Shown: piece after piece, positions 1 through 6,591 of the stretch
How positions within the stretch are numbered: the stretch's first letter is position 1
Layout: the number at the start of each line of letters is the position of its first letter
DNA from: a virus
Taxonomy: Duplodnaviria > Heunggongvirae > Uroviricota > Caudoviricetes
Direction: 5' to 3' (one strand)
IMG/VR virus record: IMGVR_UViG_2634166457_000008
Length of the DNA: 6,591 nt
Notes under the pieces: model-generated
Seen by the model: only the letters and a program-made list of their open reading frames with translations
Databases searched by the model: none
What the model was told of the DNA's origin: nothing
Made by a program: the position numbers and the translations under genes

Positions 1-62
1 GTTACCGGTGCAGACGAAATCATAATTTTCGTCAGTTGCGAACGCTCAAAATTAGAGGACAT
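1..62 (-). CDS. Start of an unidentified downstream ORF (first ~20 codons only), possibly the first tail gene
   Basis: ATG at 62-60 with AGGAG 6-7 nt upstream, immediately after the terminator U-tract; frame is open to the window edge (MSSNFERSQLTKIMISSAPV...). Too short to classify. Confidence 0.25.
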   Translation of the reverse strand, partial: MSSNFERSQLTKIMISSAPV

Positions 63-74
63 ACTCGTCTCCTG

Positions 75-100
75 AAAATAAAAAACCCGCCAGCGGCGGG
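75..100 (-). terminator. Rho-independent terminator on the minus strand downstream of the neck genes
   Basis: GC-rich hairpin CCCGCC-agc-GGCGGG at 86-100, followed on the minus-strand transcript by UUUUUUAUUUU (plus-strand A-tract 75-85). It is strand-specific: on the plus strand no T-tract follows the stem. Confidence 0.6.
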
Positions 101-121
101 TGGGTAAAATCATTAACGACC

Positions 122-466
122 TCAGGCTATTACCTGAAATTCAAGCGTGGCTCTGCTCAGACGGGAATCAGGATCATAACCCTGCGTTTTAGAAATAACG
201 GAGGGTACAAGTTGCCTTACCGCATCAAGCGCCTGTTCTCGGATATCATCTGCGTCATCAGGCACCGTTGCCCAGACATCGATCTGCACGGTAATTCTGG
301 ATTCAGCCTGACCATCAAGCACATCAGACGCCGTGTCAGACACCACAGAAAACACCAGCCACGGCGGAGATACCGCAGGCTTTCCCTCCGTCAGCGGGAC
401 CACATAAGGATAAACCTGTCCTCCGGCCAGTTGAGACAGCAGGGAATACAGTGTGGCTTCCCTCAT
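122..466 (-). CDS. DUF3168-like neck protein (tail completion / tail-to-head joining, SPP1 gp17-like)
   Basis: 114-aa ORF whose ATG at 466-464 overlaps the upstream TGA in an ATGA arrangement. Pattern (LYSLLSQ...VYPYVVP...PWLVFSVVSD...RITVQIDVWA) resembles DUF3168 proteins, and position after the gp10-family gene matches the conserved neck-module order. Confidence 0.7.
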   Translation of the reverse strand: MREATLYSLLSQLAGGQVYPYVVPLTEGKPAVSPPWLVFSVVSDTASDVLDGQAESRITVQIDVWATVPDDADDIREQALDAVRQLVPSVISKTQGYDPDSRLSRATLEFQVIA

Positions 467-912
467 TTACTTAAGACCTCATCAATAGCCTGATTCATTC
501 GCTGTATGGCAACCTGCGCCGCCAGCTCCTCTGTCGTATCGAAAGCCGGGCGAATGAATGGATGCGCGGGCATGTTTATCGTTCCCAGCTCCACAAAGCG
601 CCAGTAAAACGCATTTCGGGGATCGCTGGCTTTCATGCTGTTATCACTATTTCCGGTTCGCAGGTTCCGTCCACGAATGTGGACACCCGAGATAATTTCC
701 CCCCGACGCTTTGAACGCTGAGTGAGAACAACCACATTTTTCTTCAGTTTCCCGGTTCGCTCCGGCGCACGTTCAACAACTGCATCCCGCATAACTTCAG
801 CACCGGCACGGGTGGCATCGCGCAGTACCTTATTGTTTTCTGCCCTGCTGAGCGTCTCCAGATCCCGTGCAATATCCGCCAGACCTGAAAAATCAAGACT
901 GAAATCCATCAC
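463..912 (-). CDS. HK97 gp10-family neck/tail-attachment protein
   Basis: Contains the family-typical FYWRFVELGT...MPAHPFIRPA segment. The track start at 912 is a GTG; the more likely start is ATG 909-907, which overlaps the upstream TGA by 1 nt (TGATG), with AAGGGG upstream. TGA stop at 463-465. Confidence 0.8.
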   Translation of the reverse strand: MMDFSLDFSGLADIARDLETLSRAENNKVLRDATRAGAEVMRDAVVERAPERTGKLKKNVVVLTQRSKRRGEIISGVHIRGRNLRTGNSDNSMKASDPRNAFYWRFVELGTINMPAHPFIRPAFDTTEELAAQVAIQRMNQAIDEVLSK

Positions 913-1247
913 ACATTCCCCTTCTGAGAACAGAGTATCTCAAGCCGTGTGGCACGGGCATCCGGTATCGGCGGACCGTCTATACTCAGAATCGCGCCTT
1001 TGAATGCACCAGTCAGCACTTTCAGACATGAAGTTGCTGTTACATCTCGCCGGAATCTCATCCAGACCCTCACTGTAGCCTGAGCAGTTTCTGCACCTCC
1101 GGATATTCTCTCCCTGCCACTGATCCCCTTAACTTCTGCCCATATGGTTGCCCCCTCCGTCATTGTTTCCACAGGGTGCCCTGACGGAGACCGAACGGTG
1201 GTGGCATTCAGAATAACCACACGATCACGTAATCTTCCTGCCTGCAT
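909..1247 (-). CDS. Head-tail adaptor / head-closure protein (Phage_H_T_join, SPP1 gp16-like)
   Basis: 112-aa ORF with ATG at 1247 and AGGAGG 4 nt upstream, overlapping the connector stop. Start (MQAGRLRDRVVI) and internal IWAEV...GRE and VRVWMRFR segments fit the head closure family pattern; TGA stop at 909-911. Confidence 0.8.
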   Translation of the reverse strand: MQAGRLRDRVVILNATTVRSPSGHPVETMTEGATIWAEVKGISGRERISGGAETAQATVRVWMRFRRDVTATSCLKVLTGAFKGAILSIDGPPIPDARATRLEILCSQKGNV

Positions 1248-1255
1248 GAATCCTC

Positions 1256-1561
1256 CTATGTTCCGGGATGAAACCGATACATCCGCAGTCCGGTATAGAA
1301 AAAATCAGGCACTGCATCCTGCATTTCCCTGTTCTCGTACCAGTAGCCAACCAGTTGCATAAGACGCAGTTTTATCAGAGGTGTTATTACAAGCCCGGTC
1401 GTATCCTGCTCAGAAACAGTTTCATCGTAAAGCGTCCGGTTTAAAAACTTTTCAGCCTCTTCCCTGGCAGCAGCCAGATACATCATAAGAAGAGAATTCT
1501 CCTGTTCATTGTCATCATCAATACGGCACTGAACACGAAGCTCTTCCAGAGTGGGCATCAT
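1256..1561 (-). CDS. Head-tail connector protein (phage gp6-like, Phage_connect_1 family)
   Basis: 101-aa ORF whose N-terminus (TLEELRVQCRIDDDNEQENSLLMMYLAAAREEAEKFLNRTL) matches the usual gp6-like connector signature. ATG at 1561 with GAGG upstream; TAG stop at 1256-1258. Confidence 0.8.
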   Translation of the reverse strand: MMPTLEELRVQCRIDDDNEQENSLLMMYLAAAREEAEKFLNRTLYDETVSEQDTTGLVITPLIKLRLMQLVGYWYENREMQDAVPDFFYTGLRMYRFHPGT

Positions 1562-1572
1562 TTGGGCAACCT

Positions 1573-1761
1573 CTATGAATGCTGTTTTTTAGACTTATCA
1601 GCCCCCCGCGCAACAGGTGTTCTCTTATCAGAGACAATCCCAGCTGCAGTGGCAATTTCGCGTACCCGTTCGGGTAATTCTTTATCTTCATACTCACCGG
1701 CTCGAATAATCTCAACACGCATACCGTCCGGTGACCATTTCAGATCTTGTTTCAGGATCAT
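1573..1761 (-). CDS. Hypothetical small protein (62 aa) between major capsid and head-tail connector
   Basis: ATG at 1761-1759 preceded by AGGTGA 7 nt upstream, directly after the hairpin. Its TAG stop at 1573-1575 is embedded in the GAGG ribosome-binding site of the connector gene. Hydrophilic, charged sequence with no motif I recognise; supported by gene context only. Confidence 0.45.
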   Translation of the reverse strand: MILKQDLKWSPDGMRVEIIRAGEYEDKELPERVREIATAAGIVSDKRTPVARGADKSKKQHS

Positions 1762-1781
1762 GATTCTTTCACCTGTCAGAA

Positions 1782-1805
1782 CAGGGGCGCACTTCTGCGC
1801 CCCCT
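1782..1805 (-). terminator. Stem-loop just after the major capsid gene: putative partial terminator or mRNA-stabilising hairpin
   Basis: Perfect 9-bp GC-rich inverted repeat CAGGGGCGC / GCGCCCCTG with a 6-nt loop, 6 nt after the capsid stop. On the minus-strand transcript it is followed by only a short U-rich stretch (UUCUG), so read-through is probably partial. The ribosome-binding site of the next ORF starts right after it. Confidence 0.4.
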
Positions 1806-1811
1806 GAATGA

Positions 1812-3017
1812 TTACGCTGCTGCAATCTTCAGCAGTTTGATGGCCTGCGAATCGACCAGCATGCCGCCGGTGCGCTTGGTGGTATAAAAACCGACAAACG
1901 GTTTATTGGTGTACGGGTCACGCAGAATGCGGGTACCGATACGGTCAACGATGGTGTAACCCCGTTTGAAGTTACCGAATGCAATGGCTTTCGCATCAGC
2001 GGCAATATCCGGCATCTGTTCGTTTTCAGCGATACCGTAACCCGCCAGAGAGGACGGCTGCCCCAGCTCCAGCCCCGGACGCCACAGATAGTTACCCTCG
2101 GTGTCTTTCAGCAGACGAATGGCAAACAGGCTGTTGTTGTTCATCATGAACTTCGCGCCGGTGCGGTGTGCCTTACGCAGCGTGTAAATCAGTTTGATAA
2201 TGGCATCTGCGGTCACTGCCGTCGCTTCGCCGGATACAATATGCTGAAGTTTGCCGAACGCCCGGACCTTGTCGGTTTCATCAGTGGACTCATACGCCAG
2301 GAACCCTTTCGGCTTCTTGGTACCATCGCCGGTGGTAAAGGCAATTTCTTCCTGTTCGGCAAATTCGGTTGCCAGCTCGCTGTTGATCCAGGCCTCCACG
2401 TTGAAAAAGGCATCATCCAGCATTTTCTGGGTGGCCTGCGGGTTACCGTAGATTTCCCCCATGAAAGGTTCAATCAGGCCCAGTTTTGAGGTGGCAGTCT
2501 GGGAGCGCGCGTCAGTCTCGCCCACCCATCCGGAAGCCGTGCCGCCCAGATTCACCAGTTTTTTGTAGTCGGAACCACCAACGGTGATCACCGTGGCTTC
2601 CTGACGCATCACCACTTCATCTTTCAGCAGGTTGAGAATGTTACGATCCAGTTCTTCCGGCACGGCGTAGCCACCGTCTTCATCAGTGCCCACCTGCAAT
2701 GCCTTACGCTCCAGATCGCGCAGACCGTCTTCACGGCCTTTACGCAGGAAGCCCACAAACGCCTCTTTATGCTCGGTGGCCAGTTTATTTTGCGCACCAC
2801 CTGCCGGACGTTTCAGCTCAAGCAGCTCTTTTTCAAGGTCGCTTTTGAGATTTTCCAGCTCGCTGAGTTTTCCGTTCAGGGTTTCCACCTGCCCGGCAAG
2901 TTTGCCTTTTTCCTGCTCAATCGCCTCCACGCGCTTGTCGTTCTTTGCTTTGAAGTCGTCAAACTTCTGCTGCAGCTCCTGCGCGACCTGTTCGACATCT
3001 TTAATATCAACCGCCAT
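1812..3017 (-). CDS. Major capsid protein, HK97 fold (Phage_capsid family) with N-terminal coiled-coil delta (scaffolding) domain
   Basis: 401-aa ORF with ATG at 3017-3015 and AGGAG 7 nt upstream, following the protease TAA; TAA stop at 1812-1814. The first ~70 residues are E/K/L-rich heptad-like sequence (KLAGQVETLNGKLSELENLKSDLEKELLELK), followed by the characteristic GGYAVPEE segment and a capsid-sized body. Gene order protease then capsid is canonical. Confidence 0.9.
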   Translation of the reverse strand: MAVDIKDVEQVAQELQQKFDDFKAKNDKRVEAIEQEKGKLAGQVETLNGKLSELENLKSDLEKELLELKRPAGGAQNKLATEHKEAFVGFLRKGREDGLRDLERKALQVGTDEDGGYAVPEELDRNILNLLKDEVVMRQEATVITVGGSDYKKLVNLGGTASGWVGETDARSQTATSKLGLIEPFMGEIYGNPQATQKMLDDAFFNVEAWINSELATEFAEQEEIAFTTGDGTKKPKGFLAYESTDETDKVRAFGKLQHIVSGEATAVTADAIIKLIYTLRKAHRTGAKFMMNNNSLFAIRLLKDTEGNYLWRPGLELGQPSSLAGYGIAENEQMPDIAADAKAIAFGNFKRGYTIVDRIGTRILRDPYTNKPFVGFYTTKRTGGMLVDSQAIKLLKIAAA

Positions 3018-3031
3018 CGTATTTCTCCTGA

Positions 3032-3682
3032 TTAGAAGTTCAGATTTTTCAGTGCATTCAGTGCAGAGCCCACATCCTCAGCGTCGCGCAGGGACAGTGC
3101 GCCATAACCCCCGGCCATGAATGCTTTGGCCTGGGTACGGGAGAGTCCGACATCACGCAGGACTCTTTCGATTTTTTTCTGTTCGGGGATTTCCCCGCGG
3201 ACCAGCGCGTTCTTGACGTCGCTGATCCGCGCCTCGTCGTTAGACGGAAACGTCACCAGACTGACTTCCCAGAGGTCGATTTCTTTCAGCAGAAAGGCTT
3301 CTTTCGTCCGGTCGTATTCCCAGTCCTTCAGGACGTACCCAATAGAAAGGCCGGTTAACGAACCGGCCTTCATGTGTGCATGTGCGCGTTTTGCCAGGGG
3401 ATCATCATCAATGAGCAACCGCCCCCTGACGTAAAGCCCGATATCGTCTTCCTTCATTTCGGTGTAAACACCGATGGGCTCATCCATGCGGTGCTGCCAG
3501 AGCAGCGCAGGCAACGCTTTTCTGTCACTCTACGCCCGCAGGGAAGCAGCAAATGCCCCGGACATCACCACATCATCGTGACTGTCCTTTACACCAAAGA
3601 CGGAGCCATATCCTTCAAACTCACCGGAGTCACTGACAGATTTCAGACTCAGCGGTACATCAAGACGTTGTTTCGTCTGCAT
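3032..3682 (-). pseudogene. Prohead protease (HK97 gp4 / peptidase S78-like) interrupted by an in-frame TAG at 3530-3532
   Basis: Track ORFs 3530..3718 and 3032..3514 are in the same minus-strand frame and separated only by one TAG. The N-terminal piece carries the S78-like start (GEFEGYGSVFGVKDSHDDVVMSGAF); the downstream piece carries the conserved ALLWQHR...PIGV and GLSIGY segments that I take to contain the catalytic His and Ser by analogy to HK97 gp4. Likely start is ATG 3682-3680 (AAGGA 8 nt upstream), overlapping the portal 3' end by 23 nt; ATG 3718 has no Shine-Dalgarno. The track's start for the downstream piece is a TTG with no convincing ribosome-binding site. Confidence 0.75.
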
Positions 3683-4901
3683 TGGCGTTATCCTTCTGCT
3701 TACCGGCTTTACTGCCATCGGAGGGTTTCGTGGTCATGTTCATCGGTGTGAGATAGACATCCCCACCGGGACGCGGATTCATATCTTCCAGGTCGCGGCA
3801 GTCATTGGGAGAGTAAATTCCCCAGTTAATCCCGGTGGCGTAGGCTTCAAAACGGGACTTCATATCCCCGCGCAGTAACGCCCCGGCGTTAAATTTGGCG
3901 TAATAAACGCCCTGCTTACTTTTTCGTACCAGTCCGGTGTTGATCCGCTGTTCGATGCGGGTCAGATACGGCACCAGTGAATAGTTGATAAATCCGAGCC
4001 CCAGTTCTTCGATATTGTTGAAGGTGGCGCGATCGGTGTTCTGCACCATGTGCAACGGTACCCGGAACAGACGACAGATTTCTTCAAGCTGAAACTTGCG
4101 GGTTTCCAGGAACTGGCTGTCCTCGGCGTTCAACGCCATCGACTTCCAGTCCAGCCCCATCTCAAGGATCATCGGGCGGTGAGCATTGCCAAGCCCGGTG
4201 TGACGCTCCTCAAAATCTTTCTTCAGGCGCTCATAAGCCTGATCTGACAGCGTCTGCTCTGTACGCAACACACCCGACGTCACCGCGCCATTGCTGAACA
4301 GTCTGGCCCCGTGCTCTTCGGTCGCTGCCGCCAGCGATATTGCCTCGCGGGCATAGGCGATGGGATTCAGCCCCACCAGTCCGTCCAGCGTCAGCGTGCG
4401 CACATGCCAGATATCCTCCTGGCTCAGTACATCCGTGGAGCCATCCGGGAATGTGACCTGATAGACCGGCTCCCAGCTACTGTTAAGCTTCGGTACCACA
4501 CAGCCGGGATCGACGGGCAGCAGTTCAGCCACTTCGCCAAATGCTTTCACTTTGTAGGCGTAAAAGTTTCCCCTCAGGCACAGACAGGTGACCACCAGCT
4601 CCCAGAACTCCTGCGGCGTCATATAGCCATTAGGATGCGTGGAGATCAGCTTATGCAGACGTTCGCCGGTGGCTCTCTGTTTCAGGCTGCCGTTCATGTG
4701 ATACAGATTGCAGGGCAACATCCCGACCGACTCTGCCAGCACCCTGACGCAGGAAAAAACCGCCGTCAGTCGCATGGCCCGCTGACTGCTGATCTGCTTT
4801 CCGGTATAGGTGTCGTAAGACAACCCGATGGCATCCGCCAGCTCTGCTGGCGTGGTCACCGGCGCGTCACTTTTTCGTTGAAATAATCCCGAAAAGAACA
4901 C
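3660..4901 (-). CDS. Phage portal protein (HK97 family)
   Basis: 413-aa ORF with GTG start at 4901-4899 and GGAGG 7 nt upstream; TGA stop at 3660-3662. Size, composition and acidic C-terminal tail are typical of HK97-type portals, and it sits between terminase and prohead protease. Confidence 0.9.
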   Translation of the reverse strand: MFFSGLFQRKSDAPVTTPAELADAIGLSYDTYTGKQISSQRAMRLTAVFSCVRVLAESVGMLPCNLYHMNGSLKQRATGERLHKLISTHPNGYMTPQEFWELVVTCLCLRGNFYAYKVKAFGEVAELLPVDPGCVVPKLNSSWEPVYQVTFPDGSTDVLSQEDIWHVRTLTLDGLVGLNPIAYAREAISLAAATEEHGARLFSNGAVTSGVLRTEQTLSDQAYERLKKDFEERHTGLGNAHRPMILEMGLDWKSMALNAEDSQFLETRKFQLEEICRLFRVPLHMVQNTDRATFNNIEELGLGFINYSLVPYLTRIEQRINTGLVRKSKQGVYYAKFNAGALLRGDMKSRFEAYATGINWGIYSPNDCRDLEDMNPRPGGDVYLTPMNMTTKPSDGSKAGKQKDNANADETTS

Positions 4902-5083
4902 TATTTACCTCCGCCGACAGACGGCTGTGTACGGTCGAGATATCGCGCCACCAGCCACGACCAGAACAGGCACAGCACCCCGGCAACAACAAAACCCGCC
5001 GGGGGATAAATCAGCCAGGCACCATACGCCAGCAAAAGCGCACCCAGCACGCCCACCAGTGGCGCGAGAATTATCAGAAACAT
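4901..5083 (-). CDS. Small predicted membrane protein (60 aa, two hydrophobic helices), function unknown
   Basis: ATG at 5083-5081 preceded by GAGGT 4 nt upstream, directly after the terminase TAA. Translation [48 protein letters not shown] plus a short charged tail gives two hydrophobic segments. Its last codons GGA GGT AAA TAG supply the GGAGG Shine-Dalgarno for the portal, and its TAG overlaps the portal GTG start by 1 nt (TAGTG). Confidence 0.5.
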   Translation of the reverse strand: MFLIILAPLVGVLGALLLAYGAWLIYPPAGFVVAGVLCLFWSWLVARYLDRTQPSVGGGK

Positions 5084-5094
5084 AATGACCTCGG

Positions 5095-6591
5095 TTAAAG
5101 CGAGCGGATGCCCACGCTGACCAGATGTTCAGACAGATCCGGCTCCGGTTCACCGCCATTGACCAGCATCCGGCTCATTGCTGTAAACATCGCAACAGGG
5201 CCGTCGATTTTGGCTTCAGGCGTGGATTTATTCGGGAAGATATTGTCGTTTTTGTCCGGTTTTACCGTAACGTTAGACATCATCCAGTTCATAACCGGGT
5301 GATTGCTGTGATGGAAACGCCCGGCATAGACCAGTGATTCCGTTTCCTTCATGGCCTCTGACAGATTGCGGACCGTCTGCGGAACCTCCACCAGCGGTAT
5401 CCCTTCTTCAGCCAGTGCCAGGCTGAACTGCATCGCGCTCCACGGGTCAAATCCCAGTTCCCTGAGGTTTTCACCACCAATCCATTCCAGTAAGTCACTT
5501 TTTATCTGAGCATGATCGATAACATCACCATCCGTCAGAATCAGCTTATCCATCTCCGCCCACTTCCGGTAAAGTTCTGCCTGCTGCCGCGAGCATCGTT
5601 CCAGCCGTCCTTCCGGGAGCCAGAATTTAAAATCGGCATGAACATGCCCGTTATCCGTTCGCCAGAGTTTTGCCGCCGCACAGATATCAATCTTATGAGC
5701 AAGGTCAACGCCGACCCACATGGGATACGTTTTCAGCTCATGTCGTGGGGCAATGTATTCGCACTTCTCCCACTTAATCATGTCCATCCAGGCAGACTCT
5801 GCTGTTACCCACACATTCATGTGTTTGGTAAAAAAATTCACCCGCGCAGAGACCTGCTCCTTCGCTTTTTTTGCCAGGCGACGCAGATCATCCCAGCGTT
5901 TACAGATGCCCAGGCCCGGATTCGCTTTCTGCCAGACCGTTTCATCAAACGGATCATCTCCCTCATCGAGGGTGTAAATAATCGCAAAGTAGGAGTCGTC
6001 TTTTACCGCGCCCCCCACGTCGCTGTTATAGCCTCGCAATACCTTGATGGCGTAATCGCGTTGCTCGTAACAAATCCCTTCCTTGTTAAAGCCAGCCGTG
6101 GTGATGCCAAATAACAGGGACTGCAGACGGGCACCGGTTGCCGTTTCCAGAACGTCCCACACGTCACGGGTTTTATGTGCATGCAGCTCATCAATAATGG
6201 CGCAGTGGATGTTCAGACCATCCAGGTTGTTTGCATCCGAGGAAAGCGGTTCAAATTTTGATGCGCTCTGCTCCTGGTAAATCGCCAGCTTGTTGAAATC
6301 AAACAACCGCCCGAGTGTCGACCGGGCTTTTCTGACCATATTTTTGGCGTCTTCAAACACGATTCTGGCCTGGTCACGCGTGGTTGCGGCTGAATACACC
6401 TCAGCACCGCCTTCACCATCTGCCCCCGTCATATACAGGCCGATACCCGATGACAGGGTTGATTTTGCGTTTTTACGGGCGACTTCGTTGTACGCCGTCC
6501 GGAACCGGCGCACCATCACCGGGCGTCCGCTGCCATCGCTGCGCATGACAACTTCCCCGGTCTCTTCATTCACCAGCGGAATGACAAAACC
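5095..6591 (-). CDS. Phage terminase large subunit (HK97/Terminase_1-like), partial: N-terminal part including Walker A lies beyond the window edge
   Basis: Minus-strand reading frame is open from the window edge (6591) to a TAA stop at 5095-5097; the track's start at 6573 is a GTG inside this open frame. Translation contains a Walker B-like motif ([11 protein letters not shown]) and a C-terminal RNase H-like nuclease region ([16 protein letters not shown], further acidic residues). No Walker A is visible, so about 100 or more residues are probably missing upstream. Position immediately upstream of portal fits the canonical order. Confidence 0.9.
   Translation of the reverse strand, partial: GFVIPLVNEETGEVVMRSDGSGRPVMVRRFRTAYNEVARKNAKSTLSSGIGLYMTGADGEGGAEVYSAATTRDQARIVFEDAKNMVRKARSTLGRLFDFNKLAIYQEQSASKFEPLSSDANNLDGLNIHCAIIDELHAHKTRDVWDVLETATGARLQSLLFGITTAGFNKEGICYEQRDYAIKVLRGYNSDVGGAVKDDSYFAIIYTLDEGDDPFDETVWQKANPGLGICKRWDDLRRLAKKAKEQVSARVNFFTKHMNVWVTAESAWMDMIKWEKCEYIAPRHELKTYPMWVGVDLAHKIDICAAAKLWRTDNGHVHADFKFWLPEGRLERCSRQQAELYRKWAEMDKLILTDGDVIDHAQIKSDLLEWIGGENLRELGFDPWSAMQFSLALAEEGIPLVEVPQTVRNLSEAMKETESLVYAGRFHHSNHPVMNWMMSNVTVKPDKNDNIFPNKSTPEAKIDGPVAMFTAMSRMLVNGGEPEPDLSEHLVSVGIRSL

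Noticed and set aside
40-75. Imperfect inverted repeat (GAGGAC ... GTCTCC) near the window start
   Set aside because: Stem is imperfect and it overlaps the ribosome-binding site and start of the ORF at 62; more likely coincidental than a second terminator.
100-200. Possible sigma70 promoter for the ORF starting at 62 (TTCAGG-like -35 and TAATGA-like -10 on the minus strand)
   Set aside because: Poor matches to consensus inside the DUF3168-like coding region; late phage operons are usually driven by antiterminated or activator-dependent promoters far upstream.
1518-1718. Minus-strand 66-aa ORF overlapping both the 62-aa ORF and the connector start
   Set aside because: Out of frame with two better-supported genes and lacks a ribosome-binding site.
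2686-3120. Plus-strand 144-aa Ser/Arg-rich ORF, with 2769..3035 (88 aa) nearby
   Set aside because: Antisense to the capsid delta-domain region and the protease/capsid junction; the low-complexity composition is what the reverse frame of a GAG/AAG/CTG-rich coiled-coil region produces. No ribosome-binding site and no room in a tightly coupled minus-strand operon.
3512-3514. TTG proposed by the ORF track as the start of the downstream protease fragment
   Set aside because: No convincing Shine-Dalgarno upstream, and the sequence between the TAG and this TTG continues the protease frame, so this is the interior of an interrupted gene rather than a true start.
3716-3718. ATG at 3718 as the protease start (longest-ORF choice)
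   Set aside because: No Shine-Dalgarno upstream and a 59-nt overlap with the portal; the in-frame ATG at 3682 has AAGGA at good spacing. Not decisive without an N-terminal alignment.
4311-4886. Plus-strand 191-aa ORF
   Set aside because: Entirely antisense to the well-supported portal gene; Arg/Gln/His-rich composition typical of a spurious reverse-frame ORF.
4905-5159. Minus-strand 84-aa ORF in an alternative frame overlapping the terminase 3' end and the small membrane ORF
   Set aside because: Cys/Arg-rich low-complexity translation that overlaps the terminase coding sequence; the 4901..5083 frame has proper Shine-Dalgarno and stop/start coupling and is the better model.
5512-6114. Plus-strand 200-aa ORF, with other small plus-strand ORFs at 5108..5337 and 5720..5977
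   Set aside because: Antisense to the terminase gene, which has clear Walker B and nuclease motifs; no independent start signals.
1-6591. CRISPR arrays, tRNA or other RNA genes, insertion sequences, programmed frameshift sites
   Set aside because: No spaced direct repeats, cloverleaf-like structures, terminal inverted repeats with transposase, or slippery heptamer with overlapping frames were seen; the window is almost entirely protein-coding on one strand.

Overview
The window is a tightly packed, single-strand (minus) late morphogenesis operon of an HK97-type tailed phage or phage-derived element, with enterobacterial-like composition (roughly 50-53% GC by eye). In transcription order (high to low coordinates) it encodes: large terminase (5' end lies beyond the window), a 60-aa two-helix membrane protein, portal, prohead protease, major capsid protein with an N-terminal coiled-coil delta domain, a hairpin attenuator, a 62-aa unknown ORF, a gp6-like head-tail connector, a head-tail adaptor/head-closure protein, an HK97 gp10-family protein, a DUF3168-like neck protein, then a clear intrinsic terminator and the start of another ORF running off the window. 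Most junctions show overlapping stop/start codons and Shine-Dalgarno motifs. All family assignments come from reading motifs in the translations; no database search was run. The two points most worth follow-up are an in-frame TAG splitting the prohead protease gene upstream of its catalytic His/Ser region, and the strong terminator directly after the neck genes, which leaves open whether this is a complete siphophage or a tail-less capsid-forming satellite. I do not see direct evidence of a novel defence or other undescribed system here; all plus-strand ORFs look like antisense artefacts.
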